DNA of 38,789 nt from Chrysochromulina tobinii (lineage: Eukaryota). Positions within the stretch are counted from its first letter, which is position 1, and each line of letters opens with the position of its first letter. Location: assembly GCA_001275005.1 (NCBI GenBank), contig JWZX01003408.1, forward strand, positions 1 through 38,789, written 5' to 3'. Both the position numbers and the translations under genes were made by a program. The notes below the pieces were generated by a model. The model did no database searches and had not been told where the DNA came from. It saw only the letters and a program-made list of their open reading frames with translations. Below, piece by piece: positions 10,006 to 20,382 of the stretch.

Positions 10006-12456
10006 ATGAAGAGTGCAGAGGCAAACGGCCATCCAATGCCGGCCGACGGCTCGCGGAGCCGGGTCGCGCCTGAAGATGGGGGTGACAAGGCCGAAGACAA
10101 GGACATCGGGCCCGAAAACGCTCCGAAGGCGCTGCGCCGGAGGCATTGCACGGATTTTTGCTGCCTCATCCTCTTTGTGGCCTTCGCCTTGGGAATGGCT
10201 TATCTCACATACCTCTCGTGCACGGTCGGCGACCCATATTCAATCATGTTCGGAGCCGACTACCTCGGTAACCGGTGTGGCCGCGGCAGAATGTCTCATC
10301 TGCCCAAAACCTTCTATCCGCGGATGGACCAGGACGCGCTCGAGCAGGCCGACGTTGCTGCGGTCCAGCCGTGGAAGGTGGTCTTTTACGGCCTGTGTGT
10401 CGCGTCTTGCCCTTCCGTCCGCGACCCTACCGTATGCTTCGGCGACGCCAGCCGGTGCATGGTGCACGATTACGGTACGGTGGAGCAGTACACTGAGGCG
10501 GGCGGCTCGGCGTTTTACTTCGCCGTCCTGCCCACGATCTCCGTGATGAATAGATGCATACCGACCAGCGGCACCGCAGCGTCGCGCGATCCCGACAAGT
10601 GCGTCTACCCGCCGTGCAACAACGTGACGAATCCGTGGATGGTATGCGACGAACGGTTCCCATCGCTCTGGCTGATCAACTCTGTGGCGGATCAGTTTCG
10701 GTGCGAGGTCAAGTACCAGCACGTCGAAGTGGACCAACTCGCACCTATGCGTCCGTCGCCGCTCACGGATAAGCTCTCTAGCTACATGGGCGCCGGCCAG
10801 CGCCTCGTGGATGCGATCCTCGATGCAAGAGACGTGATCATCGGATATGGCCTAGGCTTACCCGTCTTCCTCGGCCTTGCTTGGCTGCTTCTGCTGCGCT
10901 TCTTGGCAGGCGTGGTCGTTTACTTGGCAATTGTGTGCATCGGCATTGCGCTCTTCGCACTCGCGTTCTACCTCTTTGCCATCTCGGGCGAGCTCGCAGC
11001 CGTCTTAGACCAGCTTGGAAGCCAGCTTGGTGGCATCAACAGCACGCTTGGCAGTAGGTGCGTCAACGCCAGCAGTGGCGACGTGAGAGGGGATTTTGGC
11101 TCGGGCGACGTGAACGGCAGCGGCTTCCCGTCCGACGAGTGTGCGACGGCGAACGCCCTCGCGTCCGCCTTCGCCGCGACAGCCGAGCAAGCGAACCAGG
11201 CCGCTGGGGCCTTGGTGAGGCTCGTGCCCACTGAAGTCAATGAGCTAAGCAATGCCGCCGCCTCCGAGAACCCGATGCTGTACACGATCAGCGCGTGGGT
11301 CGCCCTGACCGTCGCTGTCCTCTACATGGTCGCCATGTGTCTCGCGCGCAAGAAGATCCGCATTGCTGTCGCCCTCATCAAGGAGGCATGCGGCGTGCTG
11401 GCGGACCAGCCCGCTGCGATGGCCTTGCCGCTCGCAGTGCTCGGTGCACAGCTCCCGCTGCTCATATACTTGGTGGTCGGGTTGCTCTTCCTTGGCACGG
11501 CGCACCTCGAGCTCGCCCACTTCACCACGAGCTCCGCTCTGACTGCGCACTCGACCTATTCCCAAGCGCTCGTCATCAACGAGGACTTGCCGGTCACGAT
11601 CGATTTGGGCTCCTACCTATCGGTCCAAAACGGGGCGTACGTCTACTTCCTCTTCGGCATCCTGTGGACGATGGAGACGGTCCGGAACATCGGCTGGACA
11701 ACGCTCTCGGGCGCCTTTTCCGACTGGTACTTTTTCCGGCGCGACGCCAAGCTGCGGTCGCGCGCGCCGCTTGTTCAATCGCTCACGCGCGTGGTGCGCT
11801 ACCACCTGGGCACGATCCTCTTTGGCTCCTTTCTCATCGCGCTCGTGCAGCTCGTGCGCATCCTGCTCGAGCTTGTCGACAGGCAGACGAAAAAGCTGCA
11901 GGAGACGAACGCGGCGCTCAAGTTGGCCATCAAATGCGTCAAGTGCTGCCTGTACTGCTTCGAAAAGTCGCTCAAGTTCATCACCAACTACTGCTACATC
12001 TACGTGGCGCTCCAGGGCTCGAGCTTCTGCAGCGCATGCATCAAAACGTTCGGGCTCATCACCTCTCAGCCCGCGCAGCTCGCGCTCAACACGTTTGTGC
12101 GCGTGGTACTCGGGCTCATCCAGACCGCCGGCATCACCGTCTTCTGTACGTGGATTTGCCACGCGCACCTCGAGCGGCTCGGCAACCCTGAGCCCATGTA
12201 CCCCGCGCTCATCACGGCCCTTGCGGCCTACGTGATCGCGAGCTCGTTTGCACTCGTCTTCTCGTGCGCGCTTGACACGCTCTTTGTGTGCGCTGTGCGT
12301 GATAAGGTCGAGTACAAGGGCGCCTTTATGAGCGATGGGCTGTATAGCGCCTTCGGCTTTGACAAAGCCGAGCGCAAGGCGGACCGCTCCGAGCGCAAGG
12401 CGCGTCGTGCCGAGAGACACCAGGCGAAACGCGCGGCAGCCCAGTCGGAGTCGTAG
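10006..12456 (+). CDS. Choline transporter-like protein (CTL/SLC44 family)
   Basis: RRRHCTDFCCLILF, DYLGNRCG, a Cys-rich loop, multiple TM segments, RYHLGTILFGSFLIA, KCCLYCFEKSLKFITNYCYIYVALQG and DTLFVC; intronless 816-aa ORF. Confidence 0.92.
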   Translation: MKSAEANGHPMPADGSRSRVAPEDGGDKAEDKDIGPENAPKALRRRHCTDFCCLILFVAFALGMAYLTYLSCTVGDPYSIMFGADYLGNRCGRGRMSHLPKTFYPRMDQDALEQADVAAVQPWKVVFYGLCVASCPSVRDPTVCFGDASRCMVHDYGTVEQYTEAGGSAFYFAVLPTISVMNRCIPTSGTAASRDPDKCVYPPCNNVTNPWMVCDERFPSLWLINSVADQFRCEVKYQHVEVDQLAPMRPSPLTDKLSSYMGAGQRLVDAILDARDVIIGYGLGLPVFLGLAWLLLLRFLAGVVVYLAIVCIGIALFALAFYLFAISGELAAVLDQLGSQLGGINSTLGSRCVNASSGDVRGDFGSGDVNGSGFPSDECATANALASAFAATAEQANQAAGALVRLVPTEVNELSNAAASENPMLYTISAWVALTVAVLYMVAMCLARKKIRIAVALIKEACGVLADQPAAMALPLAVLGAQLPLLIYLVVGLLFLGTAHLELAHFTTSSALTAHSTYSQALVINEDLPVTIDLGSYLSVQNGAYVYFLFGILWTMETVRNIGWTTLSGAFSDWYFFRRDAKLRSRAPLVQSLTRVVRYHLGTILFGSFLIALVQLVRILLELVDRQTKKLQETNAALKLAIKCVKCCLYCFEKSLKFITNYCYIYVALQGSSFCSACIKTFGLITSQPAQLALNTFVRVVLGLIQTAGITVFCTWICHAHLERLGNPEPMYPALITALAAYVIASSFALVFSCALDTLFVCAVRDKVEYKGAFMSDGLYSAFGFDKAERKADRSERKARRAERHQAKRAAAQSES

Positions 12457-12600
12457 GATTCTCCTCCTGGCGGGACTCAGTTGTTCTCAATTGCCTCCTG
12501 AACTTGTACCTGTCCTAGCATAGGCTCTGTCATCAATCAGAACTATTTTGACGAATCTTGGCACTTTGTTTCTTGCATGTGTGTGAAATCGCGAATTCAA

Positions 12601-15600
12601 ATGGAGGAGACGAATCGAATGGAGAAGAGAAACTCTCCCGTGCTGCTCGCCCGTTCGCTGGCGGCCAGCAAGGCGACTCGCGAGGCTCTCGCGCCGCTCT
12701 CCACGGACAATCTCTTGCACCTCGACGATCTCTCCGAACAGAGCATCGTTGCGTCTCTCGCCTCGCGCTTCACTGAGAAGAACCGGGTGTACACACGAGC
12801 GGGCACGATCACGCTCGCATTGAACCCGTACTGTTGGTCGCCGACCCTGTATAGTACCGACGTCATGAAGCGCTACCGCGCACGTGCCACGGGCAGTGAG
12901 AGCGGCGCCGATCCTCTGCCGCCCCATCTTTACGAGGCTGCTGCCAGCGCGCATGCAGCAATGGAGCGCGCAGCCGCTGGAACGCGGCATACCATCGTCA
13001 TCTCGGGTGAGAGTGGTGCGGGCAAGACGGAGGCGACCAAGATCATCCTCACGTATCTCGTCGCTGCGTCAGGCGATTTAGTGGATCTCGATGCGCGTGC
13101 CGCCATACTGCGCGAGCGTGTGCTGCAGGCCAACCCTCTGCTCGAGGCTTTCGGCAACGCGCGCACACTGCGCAACGACAACTCGTCGCGCTTCGGGAAG
13201 CTCATCGAGATCAGCTTCGCCGGCGGCAGTGGCTCGCGCATCGCCGGCGCACGCATCATAAACTACCTGCTTGAGCGAACCCGCATCTCGACGCCTCCGC
13301 GAGGCGAGCGTAACTTCCACATCCTGTACCAGCTCCTCGCGGCCAGTCCACGGCTGCCACCGGCGCTGCAGCAGGCACTTCCGTGGAAAGAGCCGAAGGA
13401 CCTGACCTATCTTTCCAGTGATCCGAGCGGCTGGGGGGGCGCCGAGGTGAGCGCGGCCGTCATCACCTTTGGCAACACCTCGACGTGCCTCGATGTCATC
13501 GGCGTGGCTGCCGAGGCGCGCGAGCAGCTATGGCTGATCCTCAGCGCCGTCCTCCATCTGGGTAACCTCACCTTTGCAACCAAAAAGGCGGCTGCCAGCG
13601 GCCAAGGCAGCCCCAGTGTGAGCGGCGAAGGATGCGCACCAAACGACGAGGACGCCTCGTCGACACTCGCCGCCCTGCTCAGCGTGACGCCCGCCGCTCT
13701 CTCAACGGCCATCTGCCGTCGCCGGCTGGCTGTGCGCAACCAGAACGTCGTGCTCAAGGAGCAGAGCATCCAGCAGGCGCACGACTCTCGTGACGCCCTA
13801 GCGAGGGCGCTGTACAACGGCGTGTTCGAGTGGCTCGTCGAGCAGCTCAATTCGACCATCAGGGGCGGCGGCGAGCCCTGCACCGCCCCGACGAGCGAGC
13901 CACGACGGAGCTGCGTGGCGGTGCTCGACATCTACGGGTTCGAGTCGCTCGGCACCAACTCGTTCGAGCAGCTCCTGATCAACTACGCAAACGAGAAGCT
14001 GCAGCACCTCTTCAACTTGCACATCTTCGAGCTCGAACAGAAAGAGTACTTGCGCGAGGGAATCGAGTGGAAGGAGATCGAATGGGTGGACAACCAACCG
14101 ACCCTCGAGCTCATCGAGGGGCGGCCCCGCGGCGTTCCGGGGATTCTTGCGAGCCTCGACGATGCCACGTGGCGTACGGGCGGCGAGGAGGCCGACACCC
14201 AGATGCTTCAGCAGCTCCACACCGCCTTCGCCTCAAAGCTGGGCCACCCAAGCTACGTGCGCCCCAAGCTGCATTCGGCCACGTCGTTCGCCCTCGTGCA
14301 CTACGCTGGCGAGGTGTGCTACGACGTGCGCGGCTTCTCGCGCAAGAATTTTGAGAGCCTCGGGCCCGACGTGCAGGAGCTCCTCGCCGAGGCAACCAAC
14401 CCGTGGCTGAAGGCCAACCTGCACCTCGTCCTCGGCGGCTTCCCAGAGGCTGCGGCCGCCGTCCCGACGACTGCTGCGGCCGAGCACGTCATTCGGCGGA
14501 GCCCGTCGTTCGCGCGCAAACGCAAGGGGAAGCTGCGCCAGGAATCTGTGGGCGAGCAGTTCCGCACGCAGCTGCACGAGCTCATCGAGGCCATCGCCGC
14601 GCCGGAGTCGGGCGCGTTGCAGGATGCAGCGCCCTATGAGGAACGTCCCGCAAGGAACTCTTGTGCATACGTGCGGTGCATCAAGAGCAACAGTGAGCGC
14701 AAGCCGTGGGTGCTCGACGAGGCCTCGTGCACGCTGCAGCTGCGCTGTGCGGGCATGATGGAGGCTGTGCGCATCCGCAAGGAGTCGTTCGCGTACCGGC
14801 TGTCCATTCGCGACTTCCTGTTTCGCTTCACCCCGCTCATCCGTCACCCGCGCTCGTCGTCCCTGAATGTCCCGACCGAGGCGGGCGCGGAGGAGCTCGC
14901 TGAGAGGTCGCGCTTGGTGGCCGATGAGCTCGCGTACACGCTCGGGCAGCCACAGGCGCTGTGGCAGGTGGGGCACACCAAGGTCTTCCTGCGTCAGCCG
15001 CTCGCTCGTTCGGTCGAGCGGTGGGCGATTTTGTACAAGCACGCCATGTGCCGCGCCTTGCAACGGGCAGCACGGGCCTACATGGCACGGTCCCGGGGCG
15101 CCGCTGCAAGCACCCTGCAGACGGGGTGGCGCCTCGGTCGGGCTGTGGTCGCGGGGCGCGAGCATCGCATCCGCGCACGCACGAGCCAGCGCGCGTTTGA
15201 GTACTGGGCCCGGGAGGCGAAGCGACTGGCTGCGGAGAAGGTGGTGGCAATGCGGCTGGCGGCCGAAGCAGCTGCAGCGGAGGCAGAGCGACTGGCGGTG
15301 GAGAGGACGGAGGCCGAACGACTGACGCAGGCCGAACGACTGGCGGAGGCCGAACGACTGGTGGCCGTCAGGGCGGAGGAGGAACATGCTGCTGCGGAGA
15401 AAGCTTATGCTGAGCAACCGGCGGCGGAGACAGCCACAGCATGCCTCCCCGCGATCTTGCCGCTCTCCATGCTGCCCACTGGCAGCCTGTCGGCGGCCAC
15501 AGCTGCGGGCGCCAACGCAGCGGCTGCGCCTCTCCCGCCAGCGCCAGCGATCGGGCGGACGGTCGGGCAGCTCCAGCCCCCCAAGGCCGTGTGCGTCGAG

Positions 15601-17344
15601 ACCACGACCACCATCGTCGACGCGGCGCAGCGCATGCTGGACGGTCGCGCCGATGCGCTCCTCGTGCCTCGCGACTCGACAGCTGGAGGCGTGTCCTTCG
15701 GTGATGCGCTACGGGATCCTGACGGCTACTGACATCGCTCGCAAGGTGATCGCGGTGGGGCTGGATCCTCGCACGTGCCGTGCTGCGGACGTCATGACGG
15801 CCAATCCGCACGTAGTGACGACGTCCGACCCCGCGGCGAATGCATTCACTCTCATGACAGCACACCGCTTCCGCCACCTACCAGTGGATGTGCCGGGCGG
15901 CGCGCCGGCGCTCCTCGACATGAAGCGCTGCCTCTTTGACGTGCTCGTGCTCGCCGAACGGGCGCAGGCTGCGGGCGAGGCGCTGCTCGATGCGGTGAGC
16001 CGCGGCGCTGGAGCTTCGAACGTCGACGTGCTGGCGCCGGCGCTTCGCTCGTTGCTCGCCCCTAGCCTGGGTAGCCTCGCCGTGCAACCGCCGGCCGTCA
16101 TTCCATATCATGCGACCGTACGTGATGCGGCGACCGCTTTGAGCCTGCCGGGCGTTACGGCCGTGCTCGTCGAGCGCGGCGCCGCCGCAGTCGCCGCGGA
16201 CGGCGTGCGGTACGAGCTGCTCACGCCGCGTACCCTACTGCCCTCGGTGATCAGCGACGCTCAGCTGGATGCTGTGGTGCTCGGTGCCGCGACGGTGAGC
16301 AGCGTATGCATTGGCGAGGGGCCATTCATCACTTCAGCGGATTGCTCGGTCATCGATGCGCTCCACTCGCTGCAGGCGGAACGTTGTAGCCATGTGTTGC
16401 TCCTCGATCCAAGCACGCAGCAACCCACGTGCCTCCTCGACGTGCTCCAGCTGGTGCAGGCGAGTGTCGCTCACGTCGAGCGCTCAGCTGACGCGCAGCA
16501 GCTGCACGCGTTCTGGGGCGCCGCGGCCGCGCTCGATGAAAGCTCCGCCGCCCACCGCCCACCAGGCTCGGTGGTCGCGACCGAGGACGATGAGGGCTCG
16601 GTCATCGGCAGCCTTGGTGCCTTCGGCAGCCCTGTCAAGTGGGGACGGCGCGAGAGGGAGGGGGATTACGACAGCATGCACATCCGGCCCGAGGACTCGA
16701 TCTCGATGGTCTGCGGCCGCTCGCCACTCAAATCGCCCGATGGCCGAGTGGCTGCTCGGCCGCTCGCCGCCCTGCCGCGCCGCATCGTCCGGGCCGCGTC
16801 GTTTGAGAGCCCCAAGTCGAGGCGCGTGGGCATGCTCCTCATCAAGCTGCAGGACGAGCAAGGTCATTTCTACCGGGTGCACTGCACGCCCGCCGAGGGG
16901 TGGCCACCACTCCAAGCCGCGCTTGCCGCCAAGCTCGAAGGTCACGTCGACGATCTGCGCGGCATCGTGTACACGGACGATGACGGCGATCGAATCGTGG
17001 TGGACTCGGACGAGGCTCTCCTCGAAGCAGCGAACCATGTGTTGGCAAAGGGCCTAGATCGGCTGCAGGTGACGCCCGTCACGGGCCCTATCGACCTTCT
17101 CTCGCCAACGGGCAAGACGGTCATCGCGGCCGGGCAACCTGCCAACGCGCGCCGTGCGCCGCCGACCGAGCAGCCATCCACGTTGGATGGCAACGCTTCG
17201 GTTCTGCCGAGCCCGATGCGCCAGCGGAGACTCGAGGAAGAGAAGCTGTCGGCTGTGAGTGCCTTCCTCGGAGGCCTTGTGGCCGCCAGCAGCCTTGCGG
17301 TGGTCTCGGGGCTCGTACTTGCTGCTAAGGCGGCGAAGCGATGA
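12601..17344 (+). CDS. Myosin with IQ, CBS pairs, PB1 domain and C-terminal hydrophobic tail (class XXIX-like); frame break near 15664-15712
   Basis: Motor motifs LPPHLY, GESGAGKT, LLEAFGNARTLRNDNSSRFGK, LDIYGFE, NYANEKLQ, YVRCIKSN, GHTKVFLR. A CBS repeat starts in one frame (TIVDAAQRMLDGRADALLV) and continues in the +1 frame (GILTATDIARKVIA...RFRHLPV). PB1 OPCA motif YTDDDGDRIVVDSDEAL. Confidence 0.85.
15220..15365 (+). repeat. Coding repeat (GCCGAACGACTG-like) giving AERL units in the myosin neck
   Basis: EAERLAVERTEAERLTQAERLAEAERL. Confidence 0.6.
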
Positions 17345-17719
17345 GCGAGGAGCTCTCGTTTTCGTGGGCAGGGGAGGGGTGTGCGCGGCGGCCGTGGAGG
17401 CCTAGAGCGATGCATGAATGTTGGTGCATTGTGACGATTCGTTGGCGGCTTGGGGCGAGCCGATAGGCGACGTGGGCGATGTCGTTGCGCGATGTGGTGA
17501 TGCTCTGGTACCTTAAGTGTACTTTGATTGGTGGAGTGCGGAGGGAGATCCGTAAAAATGGTTCGATTCATCGCGTTTCAATACGAGCGTACGCACGGAA
17601 CAGGAAGACTGACACCTGGGACATGTGCCGCGTGACGAGGCGCTTACGACGACGCGCGTGAACAGCATGGCCGAAGCTTCCTCCTTGGAGGGCTTTCGTG
17701 GCTGAGGCCGACCACCTTC

Positions 17720-19672
17720 ATGGCCGAGGCCACCTTCAGCGCCTCGCGCCTCGCAGCCGCCCGGCGCGTGGCTACGGAGGCACGCCGCGGTATGCCGCAG
17801 CTTCAGGGGCCGCACCGCACGTCGCGAGAGAATGACAACTTCATGTCGGAGTTCATGGGCGCCTCACGCCTACACTACATTGGCAGCTGGAAGGATCGCT
17901 ACCAACGCATTCTTGAGACAATGCCGCCGCCGCCGCCACTGGTTCAGTTGGCACCGGGGCGCACTCGGGTGATTGCGCACATCGACATGGACTGCTTCTT
18001 TGCCTCGGTCGCCGTAGCGGGCCGGCCGGAACTCGAGGGCCTTCCGGTCGCTGTCGCCTGGTCCGATGGCAATGCCGAGATCGCGTCTGCCAATTACGCA
18101 GCGCGGGCCTTTGGTGTGCGCAACGGCATGTGGGGCAGTCAAGCGAAAGAGCTCTGTCCGTCACTTATCACGATGCCATACGAGTTCGAACGCTACGAGG
18201 AGATTGCGGAGGTCATGTATCGCGCCGTCTTCGCCGTCACGCCGCATGTGATGGGCGTGTCAGTCGACGAGTGCTATGCCGACTTGTCCGCACTTGGAAG
18301 CCCCGAAGCCACCGCGGCCACCCTGCGTGAAACCATCCGTACCCAGACGGGCTGCGTCGCCAGCATCGGCATCGGCCCCAACCGACTGCTCGCCCGCGTT
18401 GCCACCAAGCGTGCCAAGCCCGACGGCCTCCACGCGCTGCACTCCGTCGCCGAAGGGCGCACGCTGCTCACGGACGAGTCTGTGAGAGAGCTTCCTGGCG
18501 TTGGCTATCACATTGCGCAGAAGCTCGAGGCGATCGGCGTGAGAACGTGTGGCGAGTTGCGCGCGGCCGATGCCGGCCGCATTCGTGACGCCCTAGGCCC
18601 CAAAGTGAGCGCCACGCTACGCGGATACGCCGACGCCACCGACAACCGACAGTGGGAAGCCCGGCCAACTCGCAAGTCGATTGGCGCGCAGTCGAGCTGG
18701 GGCGTGCGCTTTGCCACCGCCGAGGAGGCGGAATCGTTTGGCCGGCAGCTGGGTGAGGAGGTGGGCTCGAGGCTCGCTGCGCACGGGTATCGCGGCAAGC
18801 ACCTTACACTCAAGCTGTGGCGCGCCATGGAGGGCGCCGAGTCCACAGGCCCACGAAAAGGGTCGATGGGCCACGGGATGTGTGACCACATCTCGCGCTC
18901 CATCACACTACCCTCTGCTACCAACGACAAGGCACTGATTGCCCGGGAAGTTACCAAGATGCTCCGCGAGGTGAGCATCGAGCCGAGCAAGCTACGGGGC
19001 ATGGGCGTGTCCGTTGGCACGCTCAGCAGCGCGGCGGCAGGCTCTGGCGCTGGAGGCGGCAGTGGAAGCAGCCGAGCGCTGCCGGCTCGCGTTGCCGCCG
19101 CGCCGCCAGCCACTAAGTTCTCGCCAGAGAAGGTCCCGGCATGGTACAAGGGCGTGAGCGGCAAGGCACCAGCCGAGGCACCCGCAAGCAAACCCCGCAG
19201 CGGTGATTTGGGGCAGATGATGGCAAGGATGACCAAGGAGACGGGCGGTATTCGCCCAAGCAAGCGCGTGCGGACTGACGAGCCTCAAACCGCTGAACCA
19301 CCGACGCGCAGGCTCGGCAAGGCGAGTGAGTCCGAGCTTCAGATGGCTTTGGCTGCAATGAAAGAGACGCTGAGATTGGCATATGCGACTGCCATGCTGC
19401 CGACGGGTGCCCGTGGCGCGTGTAACGGGAGCGAAGCGGCACAGCTGCTGCTGGCTGGGCTCTGCAACGAACTCAACTGGGCTGCCGCAGATGGCTGTGA
19501 AGAGGTGGCGGATGAAGGAGCTCAGATGCTCATTCAGTTCGGGCGCGACCTGGGCCTATCGAGTCTCATGTTCGCGGCGCATGACTCGGACCTCACCTCA
19601 GGGCTGGATCCAGAGCGGGTGACTGCGTGGCTCGGGGCGTGCGATCGCGTGGAGCAGCAATGCCAAAAGTGA
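17720..19672 (+). CDS. REV1: Y-family DNA polymerase REV1 (deoxycytidyl transferase), no N-terminal BRCT visible
   Basis: REV1-type SRLHYIGSWK, HIDMDCFFASV, EIASANYAARAFGVRNGM, SVDE, LPGVG, RKSIGAQSSWGVRF and GHGMCD motifs. Confidence 0.88.
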   Translation: MAEATFSASRLAAARRVATEARRGMPQLQGPHRTSRENDNFMSEFMGASRLHYIGSWKDRYQRILETMPPPPPLVQLAPGRTRVIAHIDMDCFFASVAVAGRPELEGLPVAVAWSDGNAEIASANYAARAFGVRNGMWGSQAKELCPSLITMPYEFERYEEIAEVMYRAVFAVTPHVMGVSVDECYADLSALGSPEATAATLRETIRTQTGCVASIGIGPNRLLARVATKRAKPDGLHALHSVAEGRTLLTDESVRELPGVGYHIAQKLEAIGVRTCGELRAADAGRIRDALGPKVSATLRGYADATDNRQWEARPTRKSIGAQSSWGVRFATAEEAESFGRQLGEEVGSRLAAHGYRGKHLTLKLWRAMEGAESTGPRKGSMGHGMCDHISRSITLPSATNDKALIAREVTKMLREVSIEPSKLRGMGVSVGTLSSAAAGSGAGGGSGSSRALPARVAAAPPATKFSPEKVPAWYKGVSGKAPAEAPASKPRSGDLGQMMARMTKETGGIRPSKRVRTDEPQTAEPPTRRLGKASESELQMALAAMKETLRLAYATAMLPTGARGACNGSEAAQLLLAGLCNELNWAAADGCEEVADEGAQMLIQFGRDLGLSSLMFAAHDSDLTSGLDPERVTAWLGACDRVEQQCQK

Positions 19673-20382
19673 TCAGCGCCCGCCGGCGCCGCTGTAACTT
19701 TTCCCCATCCTAAGCTGTTCTGTCACTGTCTGTCAAAAAACGGTATATGAGACGAAGAATATTAAGCAAACGAATATATACGGAGTACGTAGAACGTACG
19801 GTACATCTCTATCGTTCCGGACGAGGACGGTTCGACGGAGTGGGAGACTGAGAGCAGCTGCATCGAATTTGCGTCTCAACTCTGCATGTAATTGTAAAAA
19901 TGCACAATGACAATCCACAAATCCCCTGTTCCGACGTGTTTGTTGAGAACATCTTTGACGTTTTAGAGACGGTCGCCATGAGATTGAGAAACACACGCGC
20001 GGCGCGGGGGATCAGGGGTAGACGCGGGGGGCAGCCACTGCGCCGCTCCGCTAGACCGCTACGCGCAGCAACGCTCCCGCGGGCTGGTGCGCGGTGTGCG
20101 TTGCGACCCGCGTTGACGTTAAGTCGACGTAATCGTGAATCGAATAACAGTTGGGTTGTACATTCAAAGTCCACACCCCAGCCACTGGCTCGAGGTCGAG
20201 CACCCCCGGCGACCCCCCGGCACGCGGCAGCTACTCTCGTTGATGTTCTTTGTAAGTTGCATGTTCTCGATCTTGTGATATGAATCCTTGTTGATATGTT
20301 GTATGTTCCTTGTGAGCTCCTTGTGCTCCTGCTGTTGCAACATGATATGTATTGTAGTCATCGACCCATAATGCATAAACCG

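Noticed and set aside
11617..12420. Long antisense ORFs (this one, 14233-15417, 7133-7831, 33755-34642, 36277-37056 and similar)
   Set aside because: They are shadows of high-GC coding genes on the opposite strand or frame and carry no recognisable motifs.
19731..20345. Solo LTR or transposon remnant in the AT-richer spacer between REV1 and the EF-hand gene
   Set aside because: TG...CA end pairs exist (TGTCA/TGACA, TGTT/AACA), but I found no matching target-site duplication or coding remnant; convergent 3' UTRs could explain it.
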